From positions 238,392,001 to 238,456,000 of the forward strand of contig NC_058368.1 in NCBI RefSeq assembly GCF_018350175.1: a stretch of 64,000 nt of DNA, given 5' to 3'. Position numbers and translations under genes: made by a program. The stretch comes from Felis catus (lineage: Eukaryota). The notes below the pieces were generated by a model. The model made no database searches. It was given only the letters and a program-made list of their open reading frames with translations, and had not been told where the DNA came from. Of this stretch, positions 1 through 13,819 are shown piece after piece. Each line of letters begins with the position of its first letter. The stretch's first letter is position 1.

Positions 1-687
1 ACACACCCGCGTCCTGGTCCTGGGAGCCGCCCAGCCCTGGCTCTGGTCCGCGGCACGTGTCCCTGACCTGCTGATTTTGAAGAGTCAGCTGACCCGCTCA
101 AGTACAAGTTCCTGTCTGCAGCAGTCGCCAGCGCTCACGGCCCACAGTCGCTCGAGGGGCGGTGGGGACATGGTCCCTCCACGGCCCCCAGATGCTCACA
201 AACGGAACCCACACGCCATGGTGGCCTGGGCACCGTCCCCTGCCCGGCTTAGGTTCCCCAAGTGAAAGGCCGTGGCTACAAGGAGCTTCTGCTGGGGAAG
301 GGGCTGTCCTGACACAGCCCCGGCCCTGGACACCCAGTGGTCTGGGGCACTTGGAAGCTGTGTCCGTGAGTGGCTCTGTTGACCCTGCGGAAGAGCAAGA
401 AACTCAGGGGAGTGAGTGTCTGCCCACTAGGAGCTGGGCAGAGATGGCCCCTGCCGCACCCAGCCCTTCTGGGCACGCCCATCGAGGCCCAGAACCTGAC
501 CTGAACCCAGACCCTCCATACAAGGTGCACCGCTGACAGGGACACCTGCGTGTGCCCCCCCAGGACCCTCGTGCTCTGGGGGTTGCACCCTGTGCCCCTG
601 GGGGACCCTTGCGTGCTGGGGGACGTGCCCTGCACCCCCTGATTAGCATTCAGGGAAGCAAGTCCCCTGTGTCTGTAGCCTTTGCCG

Positions 688-938
688 TGGAGGGGAGGGA
701 AGGGGGAAGGGGGGAAGAGGGGAAGGAGAGTAAGGGGGTAAGGGTCAGAAGGGGGGGAAGGGGGGAAGAGGGGAAGGAGAGTAAGGGGGTAAGGGTCAGA
801 AGGGGGGGAAGGGGGAAGAGGGGGAAAGAGGGGAAGGCAGGGAAGGGGGAGAAGGGGGGAAGGAGGGGAAGGGGGTAAGGGTCAGAAGGGGGGGAAGGGG
901 GGGAAGAGGGGGAAAGAGGGGAAGGCAGGGAAGGGGGA
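688..938. repeat. Polypurine (G/A) tract with a 51-bp duplication
   Basis: ggggaaggggggaagaggggaaggagagtaagggggtaagggtcagaa repeated. Confidence 0.9.
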
Positions 939-3900
939 CCAGGCTGCTCCTCCTGCCACAGAGACCCTACCCTGGGAGGGGGCCGCCCCCCCGCCCCCGG
1001 CAGCCTGGCTGAGGCTGGGGTCCCGCTTGCTCACGTGAAGGCCATGTTGCATCCCGGGGGCGCACCCCGGTTTCGGGGAGAGCCCTGACTGTGTCCCCCC
1101 AGGGCCCCTCCCCCTGGACTCACCTGGGGGCTGACCCCCTGGTTCAGGGACCCCTGCACGCTCCCTCCAGAGGTGGTGCTGGGGGTCGGCCAGCGGCCGT
1201 CGGCCCGGCCCCCGCTCGTCCCTGGCCTGACTGAGGCCTGCGAACGCGCTCTGTATGTACAGCGGGACCTAACGGTTCCGGGCTTCGCAGGCTGTTCCGC
1301 GTCAGCCACTCATCCTCAAGTAGCCACCCGGCAGCTGGCCGGGTTGCGTTCCTGGAACGGTCGTTCGCTGACCCCTGACCCATGACGGAGGCCTGTCCCT
1401 GCCCTGGACCTGCTCGCTGAGGGACGTCACCAGTGAGCAGGCCCCGGAGACCGCACCCGACTCAGACACGTGTGCCCACGTCTGGGCGGCAGGTGGGGGC
1501 ATCCTGACTCGGCAGGCGCAGGGTCCCGTCGGGCCAGGCGCAGGTCCTTGCAGGGTGTGGCGGCCTAGCGAACGTTAGCTCCACATGCCACACCCTCAGC
1601 ACCTGGCTGCACAGCGGGACCTGGTCCCCGGGGCGGGGCACCCGCAGTGGCCGCCGCGGCAGCCTGGCGGCCTCTGGGCCCGAGGGCTTCGCCCGCCGGG
1701 TGTGGGTGCCGCCGGCCTCACTTCCGCCCGTGGCCCCGCTGGCCACAGGACGCTGTCCACGCGGCGGGTGGGCGCTGGGTCCCGCCCCCGTGCGCTGAGC
1801 TCGGGATCGTGGGCGTCCTCCCGCCCGCGTCGCGGGCACGTCAGAGATGAGCAGAAGGCAGACGGTGCTCCCCTCGCTCGGGGGGCGGATGGAGCACTCA
1901 GTTTAAAGAGTGAAAGTTTAAGAGCAAGGACTGGCCGCCAAGGTCAGAGGACCCTGATTTCAATAGAAAAGCGTTAGGGGAGAAAGCCTTGTGTGCCGAG
2001 ATGCCCACCGCAGGGAACGCAGGGTGCGGACGGGCGCCAGAGACAGCTCCTGTCTCCCAGGGCCCGGCCCCCTCGGGTCATGCCGGCCGCCAGGCCTCTG
2101 AGGGGCTGCCACACAAACACAGTAAAATTCGCCCGCGCGTGGGGCCGAGGGACCGAACCCGTCATCCCACAGAGGAAAAGTCTGAGGAGCGGGGGCCCGG
2201 CCTCAGTCAAGGACACAAAGCGACCCGGCCCTCGCCGGCCCCACACCTGCATCACACGGGGCTGGGTCTGCAGAATTTCTGTTTGGCACACAGACCCTGC
2301 ATCGTGACGCCTCCAGGCTCTCCCGCCCGTTCCCTGCCTCGCGCTGCAGGGTTCGACCCGCTGCCCCACCTGCTCCCAGACACACTCGAGAAAAGCAAGC
2401 AGGGCAGGACCAGGCCCGCGAGGTCGAGCTTTGGCTCGCGTGGCCCTCAGCCCCGTGGGAGGGCGGGCGCCCTCGCAAAGCCCCAGGCTTCCCCCCCCCC
2501 ACCCCACGCAGCCATCGCCCAGGCTTGCCCACGCTGCACCCCGTTTTCTCTGTGTGTCGGGAGGGGCTCGTCGGGAACCAAGAGACGGGAGTGGGGGCCG
2601 TACACACAGGGGTCAGGGTTCACTGCACCAACCCTCTGGACACCACGCTCCAGTGGTGCCCAGAGGCACGAGGTCTGAAGGGAGAGAGGAAGGGGCGTGA
2701 CTGGGGCAGGAGAGCACCTGGGGGAGGTGCCTGGAGAGCGGAGGCCCAGGGGCTGAGGTCAGCCCTGTTTCTGCCCCTGGGGGTCTGGGCCAAGTGGCAC
2801 TTTAGGGATTGTGCCCGAGAAGAGGAGGAAACGTGTCTCTTCCTCTCCTGCTGAGTCCCGAAAGGGGCCCAGGGCCCCCCGCACGGAGGAGTGCCATCCC
2901 TCCGTCGGGACCTGAGTGCATTTCTCTGAACAACAAGCACCTTCAGAAGATCACCCGACAGCCGGGAAGAAGAAACATCCAAATGTAAATATCTGAGACG
3001 GCACCGTGACATCGCAGAGCGTCCCAGCATCTGCAGCCCGACCCTGAGTGCCCTGCCCTCACCAGAAACACTGGCCTGGGCCGGGTCCCCGGGGAGGGGG
3101 CCAATGGCGTCCAACTTGCTGCCGGGACGTAGAATGTCCAAACAGGCCCACCCCGCGCCCCCTCCCGCCAGGGGCCGCCCTGCGCTCTTGTCATGACCCA
3201 GCCTCCTTCCGCAGCCCTGCTGGGTCACCTGGTGCCCCAGGGCGGCCGTGTAGCCCTGTGTGGCAGGCGGGGTCCCTCTCCGGGGCTACACCTGTGACTT
3301 GTCACCTACTGTCTGTCTCACCTGTCCAGGGTGGGGGGGGGGTCCGGGTTCAGGCCACTTCTTAGGACAGGACCCCACCCTCCCCAGCTGGGTGCAGAGT
3401 GGTGATCACAGCGGCCCCAGCCCACCGCAGGGTCTCCCTGGACGCACTGTCCCCTGGGGCACGGGGCATCGGCGACCCCTCCCCCTTCATTCCAGAGAAC
3501 CATCCAAACAGCTCAGGAGTCAAAGCCAAAGAAACAAAATGGACCAAGAACTAAAGGCAACGAGCCAGGCGTCAGGGGGAGGGCGTCTGCTTCCTGGAAC
3601 CGGGCTCCCCCTCCTGAGCACGTGGGCTGACCTCCCGGTGACAGCAGCAGAGTGCTGGCCAATGTCCACCCCCCAGCACTAAACCCAGGGCTCGTGCTGT
3701 CGAGCAGGCCAAGAAGAGGTGGCTGTGAGGGGCCGCTGGACTCCAAGCGCCCCAGAAAGTGTGGGACGGGACTCCTCCGGGTTCACCTACTGAACCAGAA
3801 TCGGGGTGCCCTCAGTTCCTCCCCGCCCGACGTGATGGCCTAATTAGAGAGCTTTCTCTCAGCAGGCGCCCGTCTCTGATTCGTCACCCACGGCCGTGGT

Positions 3901-4984
3901 GACGCAGGGACCCTTCTGTACAAAGCCTGTCATCGACGGAACAGAGGCTTTTGTTGCCCAGAGATTTCCAGCTCTGAGTGATCTCACTCCATAGACCGAA
4001 GACGCCTGGCCAGCGGCCAGTGGGGGACAGAGGGATCTGTGTGTCGTGTTGGGTCAACATCACAGCACAGCCACGGCGGGAAAGTGGGACGGCTGTTCAT
4101 AAAACTTGGACTTGTGTGAATGAGGTTTCTTTCTCCAAAGCAGCCAAAATGCCAGTCCACGCTGAAAGCCCGCCAGGGCTGCGGCATGTGGATTTAAAAT
4201 AAAGTTGTTATAGGATCAGAAGCTAAGATAAATTCTTTTTTCTCTTACTCTCCTTTAACGAAGCTGAATGGAATAATTGAGATCAAATCCTACCTTTCAG
4301 ACACGCATTCTGCTGAGAATGTCGTGCCGGACGCCAGCCTGGACTAACCCCTTTGCTGACATCGTAAACGCCCGCAAGACCATCCCCCACGGGCTCTGAC
4401 ACTGCTAGACGCGGGCGGGGCAGACGAGTGGCCACTTCTCTTTCCCGCTGTTCCGAAAACCCAGGCGCCGCGTCTAAAACCAGATCCACGAAAATTCTGT
4501 TAGCAGTGAAAAAAACCTTCCTATCGGAAAAGCAGTTTCAATCTCCGACGTACAATAAAACTGGAAAGCCGAAATTAAAAATGCAAAAGCCATAGTTTCA
4601 TTATCAAACCAAATCAAACTAAAACCCTAACACTTCAGTTTATGACTGAGCCCTCGGAAGCTTCCTCAGCACCACCCGCCTCCTCACTCGCACCGGATCC
4701 CCCCCTCCCACTTTTCTAAGCAGACCCCAGGGTGGTCCCCTCCCTCCCCATCCCCCGGCCCCGCTCTTGGCCGCACTGGGTTTGTTTGCCGTGGCTGAAA
4801 CTTTCCAAATCACGGTCCGCCATCTCTGCCTGTCAAAGCCTGTCCATTTGGTCGCTTAGAAACATCTCGGGCCCCATTCAAAGTGCGGCCTGGGAACCCC
4901 CACCCCCACCCCCGCACTCTGCCTCCCATTTGTGCTTACACTGTATTTCAGTGCTTCTAAAAAAAAAAAAAAAAAAAAATCTCC

Positions 4985-5800
4985 ATTCAACTGTGGCTCT
5001 CGAGCTATGCCGGGGCATTCATTCCTCACACCAGCGGGTGCGTTTAGTTCCCGGTGGTTAACTTGACTCTGTTCGGTGCTCCATAGGTGACCACGCAAAC
5101 TTAGGTTATCACTTCCCTCCTTGATGCCCAGTTTCCATTTTCTCTCAATTCCACAATAAAAGGTGCCCTCCTCAGTGAGGTTTCTCTGGGATGTACTCCC
5201 AGGGGTGTAGCTCCTAGGCCACAGGGCCTGGACATCACTTGCTGGATGTTTGCGAACTGTCCCCCACCCCAGGGGGGCTGCCCTCCTCCTTGTACCATGT
5301 CGCCTCATAGCCCCCGATGCTTGGCCTTGTCAGAACCCCCGGGACTGTGCAGTGGCGGGGGGGAGGGGCGCACCTCCAGCGAGTGCAGGGGCAGGTGCAC
5401 CTCCTAGTCCTGCGCCTCTCAGACCAGCAAACAGGAGCGTCTTTCATCTGTGTTTTCTGCCGCGGGGGCTTCCTCTTCTGGGAATTGCCTGTTCGCGCGC
5501 TGTGCCCATTATTCTGTTGTTTGTTTTCCTGTAAGCTGTGTACAAGTTCTTCATGTTGTGTGGATGCTAATCCATTTGTAATGATATCCTTTGTAACTAT
5601 TTTTTGCACAATTTGTGGCTTGTATCATCAGTGGTTTATTGTAAGACTTTTACACTGTTGTCTTACTTAAACGTATCAACGTTTTTCTGTATGACTTGTG
5701 CTCTTTGTGGGTTTCATAGGAAATCCTTCTCTATCCCAGATTCATGAAGATAAATTCATGAAGAAAGATTACACTTTCCACATTTAATCACTCATGTACT
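4985..5800 (-). mobile_element. Old degraded L1 (L1M-type) fragment
   Basis: T-rich segment resembling antisense L1 3' region (gaattgcctgttc...tgcccatt...ggatgctaatccatttgt...aaatccttctctatcccagatt). Confidence 0.55.
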
Positions 5801-5831
5801 GTGGGGCTGGGCTAAATAAGACCGTGTGACT

Positions 5832-6065
5832 GGGGCACCTGGGTGGCTCAGTCAGTTAAGCATCTGACTTCGGCTCAGGTCATGATCTCACTGTGAGTTC
5901 GAGCCCCGCGTCAGGCTCTGTGCTGACAGCTCAGAGCCTGGAGCCTGCTTCGGATTCTGTGTCTCCCCCTCTCTCTGCTCCTCCCTGGCCCGTGCTCGCT
6001 CGCTCTCTCTCTCTCTCTGTCAAAAATAAATGAATAAACATTAAAAAAAAAAAAAAAAAAAAAAA
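5832..6065 (+). mobile_element. CAN-SINE (SINEC_Fc-like), full length with TSD
   Basis: ggggcacctgggtggctcagtc head, (CT)n, AATAAA, polyA; TSD aagaccgtgtgac (5818-5830) / aagactgtgtgac (6064-6076). Confidence 0.95.
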
Positions 6066-9000
6066 GACTGTGTGACCACAGCCAAAACCCCTTCACCACT
6101 CCAGATCCCCACCCAGCACCTTCCAGGTGCTGGTTCATGTCAGGAAAGGAAATAAATAAACGCCCTGTCCTCTGGTGCTGACCCGCCCTCCGAGGCTGAT
6201 GGCCAAACAGCGTCACGTGTAAGTGGTCAGGAAAGAGAGACCCGGGCAAGGGGCGCCAGGATCTGTCCCTCTGGCCACCACGCCCGCCAACTGGAGGTGA
6301 CGCAGCTTTATACCAGCCACGTGCAGCAGCCCTGATCGTAAACTGGGAGCGGCTGTGGATCCAGGCGGTTCCCCCAGGAAAGGCGGTGAGAGCCCCTGTG
6401 GAGAAGCAAATCCCCGTTGTTGTGGATGGTGGGGTGGGGTCTGTGTATGGAAGGGAAGGCTAGTTTCCATGAAGATTTCTGCAGAGCTGAGACCCTTGTC
6501 CCACGCTAGCGAGGAAGGGTCCCAGACGGACATGTCACGAGTGGGTCACTGTGCTGGGTTCGTCTGGCAGGGAGACACACAGCTCAGCAGGGAGCCGGGC
6601 TTCTGGAGGTATGGGCAGTGCACCCCAGCCCTGGGGTCTGGCAACTGGAGGGCGGCTCTGAGGACAGAACTTGGGCTTGGCCCATTGGGGGCCAGCGGGC
6701 AGGCCCCGGAAGCCTCTTTGTGGGTGCGGCCAAGTGCAGCCTGGACCCCTGCGGCCGATGGGGACCCTTGCTAAGATCGCACGCTGGACAGACAGGCTGA
6801 TCTGGGCCACGCTCCAAGCCCCTGCTGTGAGATCACGACCTGGGCCGAGATCGAGAGTCTGACGCTTCCCCAACGAAGCCACCGGGCGCCCCTACTGTGA
6901 CTTTGGACAAAGGGGACCACGCTTGGTTCAGCTCACTGTGCTCCTCAGAACCCCCAAGACGGGAGGCTCCCCTCTGGGCCCGGCCAAGTGGAGAGAGTCC
7001 TCCCGCACCCCCCAGTGCCCCTCGCTCTGAGCCCCAACCCTGGAAACGGCATCCGCGGGCAGGACGAGCAGATACCTGCTGCATCCCTGATGTGCCCCCT
7101 GCCCCGCGTCGGCTTCTCCCAGGACCCGACCCCCACCCCGCGCCCCGTGAGGTACAGAGTGGCTGCAAACAGCAGGGGCCACATAGATGTCCGCGTGTGC
7201 AGCCGCTCGTGCATGGGGGACTCGGGACCCCTTGTCACGGCGCACCTGTTGGGAACCAGGCACGAATTTTTCGTGAGCACTTATCCCGGTGGGAGGTGGG
7301 TCTGGAAGGGCCCCGGGGCGCACTCCGCGGTCGCCCCCCGCGGCCTCTCCCCAGGCGCTGCGCGCAGGGGCAGCCGCGATCACACACGAGACCGGCTCCC
7401 CTTGGTCATGCTGCTCTGCTCTGTGCAGCACCTCCCCCGGGCTTCTGTTTTAAAGGTGGGAAGTCAGAGCTCCCTTAGTCCTTACCGCCTCCCGCAGTAT
7501 GATTTAATGTCTGCAGGTGCATGCGGGAGGACCCGGGGCCCTGACTCCCGCCCCCACGCGCCCAGCCCGCCTCCTCGGGACCCAGGCCCGGGACCACGCA
7601 GGTGGTTGTTCTCTTCCTAAATCTCTCTGATGGTGACAGAACAAGCCAGGTCTGGAGGCGGCCACTCCCACAGACACCGGGATGGAACTCGAACTCAGAA
7701 CCGACGACCTTCCGGACCGGTTGGCGGGCTCCACGGAAGCCCAGCACCCCACGGCAGTGAGGTGGGAGGTAGCCTTTTCTGATGAGGGCAGGCTTTGCCT
7801 TTGCAGACATGGGCCCGCCACCTGTTCATACCTGACAGACCCAGGCGGGAAGGGGACACGACCTGGCCAAATTTCCCGTCCTGGTAAATGATGGTGCCGG
7901 ACCCCCACCTGCACGCAGGCCGCCCCTCCGGGGAGGGCCCCTCGTCCGTGTGCCTATTTACGCATAGTGGGACGTAGAGCCTTTGTTAAGTAGTAACAGA
8001 CTCCAGAGTCGAAGTGAAGAACCCCATTTGCAACCCGGATCTAATTCTCGAAGCCGTGTGACCAAGTCCCTCCCCTTCAGAAAAGAATCGACACCCGCAC
8101 TGACGAGCCGCGTCAAACTCAGAGCACCGAGGATGTGGGCATGTGCCCTGGCCACCCCCCAAGCCCCCCGATGGCGGGAAGTGAGTGCCACGTACTTGCT
8201 ACGGTGGCTCACGTTCAGCCTGTGTGCCGTGAGTCAGACCCCATCCTGGGCACCGCGGCTGCACTCACCCTCCCAGCCCTTCGAAAACTCTCCAGACCGG
8301 TTCAACCCGACCCCACCTTCCAGCCTCCCCCCCACCCCCCAGGGCTGCAGCAGAACCCGTGCCCATGGCCCCAGGCCACCACCTTCTCAGGTCACAGGAT
8401 GGAACCCACTCAGGGAAGAAAGACTGTGGCCTGTGCGAAACCCTGGTCACAAGCACGGTGCTGGTTACGAGAAGCTTTCTGGGGCAATCCTATAAATTCC
8501 TATAAATTCTGAGCACAGAGGGAAGGAAGATCGCCGAAAACACTGTCAGAAATCATTACCTATGTGGAGTTTTGTCCAAAAGGACAACTGAGCCAGACTG
8601 AGGTTAGACGTGTTTGCCGTGTTGGTAGGACCCACCCTCCGTGGCGGGGCCCACGCTCTGCGGACCCCCATCGAATATTCCCCTCCAGCTGGGAACAAGT
8701 ACCAGGGTCGCCTCAAGTTATCAACACATGTTCTAACTGGGGATCGTTCCCCAAAACCACACGATGAACAAAACACATCCCGTGTCCGTTTTGACTGAGC
8801 AAACAGCCCAGGGCTCAAGGACACCCCCCCACCCCACCGTGTCCTGCCTCAAGCACAAACACCGGCTTCCTTGTTTTAAGATACGCTCTCTCCCGCAAGG
8901 CTTCAAAGTTGAGTGGCTTATCAAAGGCCTCCGATCCAGTAAGAGAGTTCTTGGCCTCATCAAATGTTGAAAATATGTACAAGGATCCTCTTATGGCCAA

Positions 9001-10504
9001 TATCCTGACGTGAAGAAGTCAGATCAGGTGATTTCCAGCCTCTGTGATGAGAGACCAAATGCTCTCGCTCGGGATGGTTTCCCTGTTTGCTAAAGCACGA
9101 GCCACTTATGAAAAGCACACCTCCTTGGGGCCCGGGTCACCGCGGCTTGGGCGTCGGTGCAAGCGAGGTGATGGGAAGAGGGCAGGTGTGCACGCAGGTG
9201 CAGCTTTGCATTCACGTGCCAGTGCCCATGCACGTGACGGCTGGACACCCGTGGCTCCCCTGCCCGGCCCACCCCCACCTGCTGTGCCCACTCACCTCTG
9301 AGGGCGACTGAGGCACACGATACCACCCAGCTGTGTGACAGGCTCTGTCCAGGAGCCTGCAGCCGGCAAGATAGGGAGGGGAGGAGGGAGGAGGGGAAGG
9401 AGCGGCTGGATGGGAGGGGGCAGGGAGCCGTCCGGCTCCACGTGAGGCGCCACCCGCCCAACCGGCCAGGGTCTGGGTTGTAGGAGCCTTGCCTGCACTG
9501 GGGTGGCGGACTTTCCCACCTCCTCGTGCATCGCTATCTCCCGGCCTCGTTCCGGGTCTCGGGTCCCCCTGCCCGGGACCCCTCTCGTCCCACCAGCAGG
9601 AGCTGTTCCTCTCTGCAAAGCGCCAGGACTTGGTGGCAGGCCCCCGGCTAGGTGCCAGGCAGGCCGGGCAGGCTGGCTTCACCCTGGGGGCCATGTGCTT
9701 CTCTATCGATAAGGAGGCATCGCAGGGAGGAGAGCCAGCGGGTTCCCGGGGCCCGGACCACTGCCCCTGCCTCACGGCGAATCTCCCCCCTTGGAAACTC
9801 GCCCTCCCCCCAACTAAACAAGATCGCTGTCTCTGCAAATTGGCAGAAATAATTCGACACAGCATTTTTCAAAGCCAACTAGAAAGAATTTACTGTAAGC
9901 GATTGTTTTTCATGCGGGATGGCTCCTTTGAGAATAACTGTTTTCATATTTGTGGGGTTTTTGACATTTGGGGAAGCGGAATTACATGTAAACATTTGTT
10001 CTGCAAGCCCAAAGTGTGAAGAAAGATGTGCTCAAGCACCAAAAAAAAAAAAAAAAAAAAAAAAATGCTTCCATGCCTCTGAGTTTCAAAACCCTCTTAA
10101 ATTTTGATAAAGACCCATGGAAGAGATCATCACTTCAGGTCATGTTTTACACGAGGATCGGTTTTTTTAACGTCAAGGAAAATAAAACAGACGACGTGGC
10201 TAAGAAGGGTGCCGTGTGGATGAGTTTTTTAATCTCCGGGGCCCTTTAAAACTGCACCTCCATGATGGTCAAAACCTACACATAAAATATAACATCAAGC
10301 ATTTACATCCCTATTTGATGTCAGATGTCTGCATATTTGAGGGAAGTGGTTCTATCTGGAATCCAAGTGTTGTAACAATAGGACCGCTCTGTGGAAAGCT
10401 GCCTGTGGAAATGGATGACCACGGGACAGTGCCCACCGGGGAGTCCTGACAAGTGGGCAGAAAGAAACACCCCTGGAAATGAGGCCAGAGCCTTCTGTGG
10501 CCCT

Positions 10505-10595
10505 GGCTATGATCTTGGTCCCTCAGTCTGTTACGCCTCAGTTTGACTACCTATAAAATGGCCCTATTTCACTCACAGAAGGTGTCTTGGAAACT
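10505..10595 (+). mobile_element. MIR core fragment
   Basis: gcctcagtttgactacctataaaatgg...ctcacagaaggtgtcttgga resembles the MIR core. Confidence 0.5.
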
Positions 10596-11249
10596 ATCCT
10601 GTTCCAAACAAAAGAACTTCACGTAAAATGCGCGTGGGCTGCACTGGTGTACTGAGAGCCATACGCACACGAGGGGCCGGGGCTAACAGGACCCCCAGGT
10701 CTTACCAGCCAGACCTGAAGGAAGTGCGGAGCTTTGAAAGAAGGCGTCCGGGCACAGGGGACAGCAGAGGGGAGAGACCTGAGGCCACCTGCCCGCAGGG
10801 CTGGGAGGCCGCTCCGGGAGGGGCCACGCCCGAGGGGCCGGGCGGAGGGGCTCCCGCCTTCTCGTGATGGGGGAGGCATTGCCAGTGAACAAGGAGTTGG
10901 TCTGTCCTGCCGGCCTGTGGAAGGACCCCTCTGGACGCAGGCCCCGAAGGTCTGCCTTACACAGGCCTTTCCGTTTCTGCGTTTTGACATCGGGCCTGCT
11001 GACCCTGGAGGGTGGCCCTTCCCGGAGCTAGTAACTCGCCTCTCACGTGCAAACCAGCTCACCCCTCCTCTCTGTGGGCTCTCTACCCCACCCCCCACCC
11101 TGCTCACCCGCCCTCCTCTGCACCCCCCGGGGAAGCCGCAGTGAAGGGCGTTGCCCCCTCGCCCCACTGCCTCCTGACGGCCCCTGGTACTTCCCGGGGA
11201 GCACCCCATCCCCATGCCTAGGGAAGCACGAGGAAAACTTCATCCTCTG

Positions 11250-11720
11250 TCCCACGTCCACGTCTGTGTGTCTTAGAGCACCAACCTGAAACAGACTCCA
11301 GGTACCCTTACAACACATTCTCGTGAAGTGTGCACTTAGCACATTCCAGAACAAGGCTTCCAGTGGACTTTTTAGCAAAACAGGACAAACTTAAGAAGAG
11401 CAACAGGAACTCACCCTACCGGTCACCAGCGCACACGATTCCAGAGGCGCAGCGGTTAGAAGAGTGTGGTGCCACCAGGAACTAACAAACCGTGAAATGG
11501 AGCATCCGGAAATGGCTTCACAAGCACTTGTGTTCGTGCCCAAAGGAGCCACAGACCGGGGAGGCGAGCGGATGATGGTGTCGACTACGGGGTCTCGGTG
11601 TAGAGGAGAAAACGTGCGGATGGGTTGGAAACAACATGAAAGGCAGAATTGAAAAGAAGTATCAGAAGGAAACAGAGGAGAACGTCTCTGAAATCTGTAA
11701 ATAACTAAAACTCCGCAAAC
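11250..11720 (+). mobile_element. Possible degraded L1 fragment
   Basis: A-rich segment with L1 ORF2-like words (cagaaggaaacagaggagaacgtctctga); recognised by eye only. Confidence 0.35.
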
Positions 11721-12180
11721 AGACCCAGAACACCCAGCCCCACGCCCGCAAGCATGTCCTGTGCTCTCGGTCCATCTGTGGAAACATTTCTCTCTGAACC
11801 TGCCTTCCTCAGACAGAAGCGGAGTAGGAACAAGGAGCCACAGGGACACCGCTAGCGCTTCCCAGAGCCTGGCCCGCAGCTCTGTGCACCAGGGTGTGTT
11901 CCAGAAGGTTCCTGGAGAACGCCGCGGGATTTGCCTTCCGAGTCCAAGTCCGAGGGCCCAGCTGGCAGTTTCTCCAAACTAAGAAACTAAGTCCCAGAGA
12001 TGAATGTCTTTTTCCTTTCACTGAAAGAAAACTGCATATAACCCCTTGCCCAAGCCCAGCTTCTCCTAGTCAAGCCTCCAGAACACTCTGGGACTTCTAG
12101 AATATTCCATCACAGGATTAAAACTGAAGCAAAAAAGTGTGAAGCAGTGCAAGACAATGAACTTCCCTGGACTCATCCCC

Positions 12181-12750
12181 TTGGGCCCTCCACTCCTCAC
12201 CCTTCCTGTTCATGGACCCACCCTCCTGGGCCCTCCACTCCTCACCCCTGCTCTCCATAGACCCACCCTTCTGGGTCCTCCACTCCTCACCCTTGCTCTC
12301 CATAGACTCACTTTTCTTGGCCCTCTACTCCTCACCTCTGCTCTCCATAGACCCACCTTTCTGGGCCCTCCACTCCTCACCCCTGCTCTCCATAGACCCA
12401 CCCTCCTGGGCCCTCCACTCCTCACCCCTGCTCTCCATAGACCCACCCTTCTGGGCCCTCCACTCCTCACCCTTGCTCTCCATAGACTCACCTTTCTTGG
12501 CCCTCCACTCCTCACCTCTGCTCTCCATAGACCCACCCTCCTGGGCCCTCCACTCCTCGCCCCTGCTCTCCATGGACCCACCTCCTGGGCCCTCCACTTC
12601 TCACCCCTGCTCTCCATAGACTCACACTTCTTGGCCCTCCACCCCTCACCTCTGCTCTCCACAGACTCACTCTTCTGGGCCCTGGACTCCTCACCTTTCC
12701 TGTCCATAGACCCACCCATCTGGGCCCTCCACTCCTTACCCCTGCTCTCC
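12181..12750. repeat. 45-bp minisatellite, about 12.5 copies
   Basis: Unit ctgggccctccactcctcacccctgctctccatagacccaccctY. Confidence 0.95.
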
Positions 12751-13819
12751 TGGCTGTTTTCTCCCCTTGTTGGCCTTTGGGGTTTCTCCATGGATCTGCT
12801 TGTTGGGAAGGAGTGGAAAAGCCCTCTCCTTGTTGCCTGTCCCTGGATAGCTTCTCACACTGTTCCACCAGCTCCCAGCTGGGTTCTTGTGTCTGTGATC
12901 AGGGCAGTTGGCAATTGAATGCTCAGAGGTCAGCAGTGTGCCCACGGCCATGCAGGCAATGGAAACAGCGCCCACCGCAGCCCACAAGGGCTACCCTGCC
13001 ATCACGCACAGCAGAAATGTGGACACTGCACCAGTTTCCTTCTCCAGATTTGACAAGCGAGGTTTGGAGGAGAGGTCACCTGCCTCAGTCCAGCGTGAGG
13101 CTTTGAAACAGTTTGGGGACCTCGCCCCACTCTTTCGCCTCTGTATAGGTGAGGCTGTGGAGGGTGTCATGGACCACCGCAGAGTCACCGGCCTCTCTTT
13201 TGTCCTGTGTTCCTCTCTCCATCTAAACACAGGAGGGCCCCCAGCAAGGTCACACTTCACCGTATCAGCTGGCCAGGGTATCAGCTAGATTATCAGAGGG
13301 TTGATCGCTTCCTGACCTGCTGCCCAAGCCAGGGACAGGGCTGTGAAGCCTCACAGGGCATGGACACACCCAAGACCCCATGGCCAGGCAGTCCTACAGT
13401 AGGGTCTGGCCTTCCCCTAGTCCCAGAGCAATGCAGGAAGCATTTAGACTACTTCCTCATGATTTCAGGCATCATGTGAACCGAGGGGCTGCTGGACTGT
13501 GTCCAAGTTGCTCTCCCTCACCCATGCCCGCTGCCTGCTTCAGGGGTCACCTCCTGCCCGTCAGGGTCACAAGGACAGTCACACGCAGAAACTTAGCCCT
13601 GCTCACCACGTAGAGTTTGCGGTTAATTTTAGAAATTTATAAATTTTGATACCTTTTGCCCAGTTAATACTGTGCCACAAATGAAGGATCCCCAAATGCC
13701 TCCCCTTCGTGCAAGGGAGTAATTCCATGAACTGGAGTAATGAGCCACCCAGAAAGAATCCTTTGATTCACGACCCTGTTGAACCACTGGGTCCCATCAG
13801 CAAATGCCTCTGTGCACCC

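Noticed and set aside
5832..5910. tRNA-like A/B box sequence
   Set aside because: tRNA-derived head of a CAN-SINE, not a tRNA gene; the same applies to the other SINEs
12139..12918. 259-aa ORF with a 15-aa repeat
   Set aside because: Translation of the 45-bp minisatellite; no splice or homology support
1..13700. A second protein-coding gene upstream of LPCAT1
   Set aside because: No ORF resembles a protein I recognise and I found no consistent exon chain. Non-coding transcripts cannot be excluded from sequence alone.
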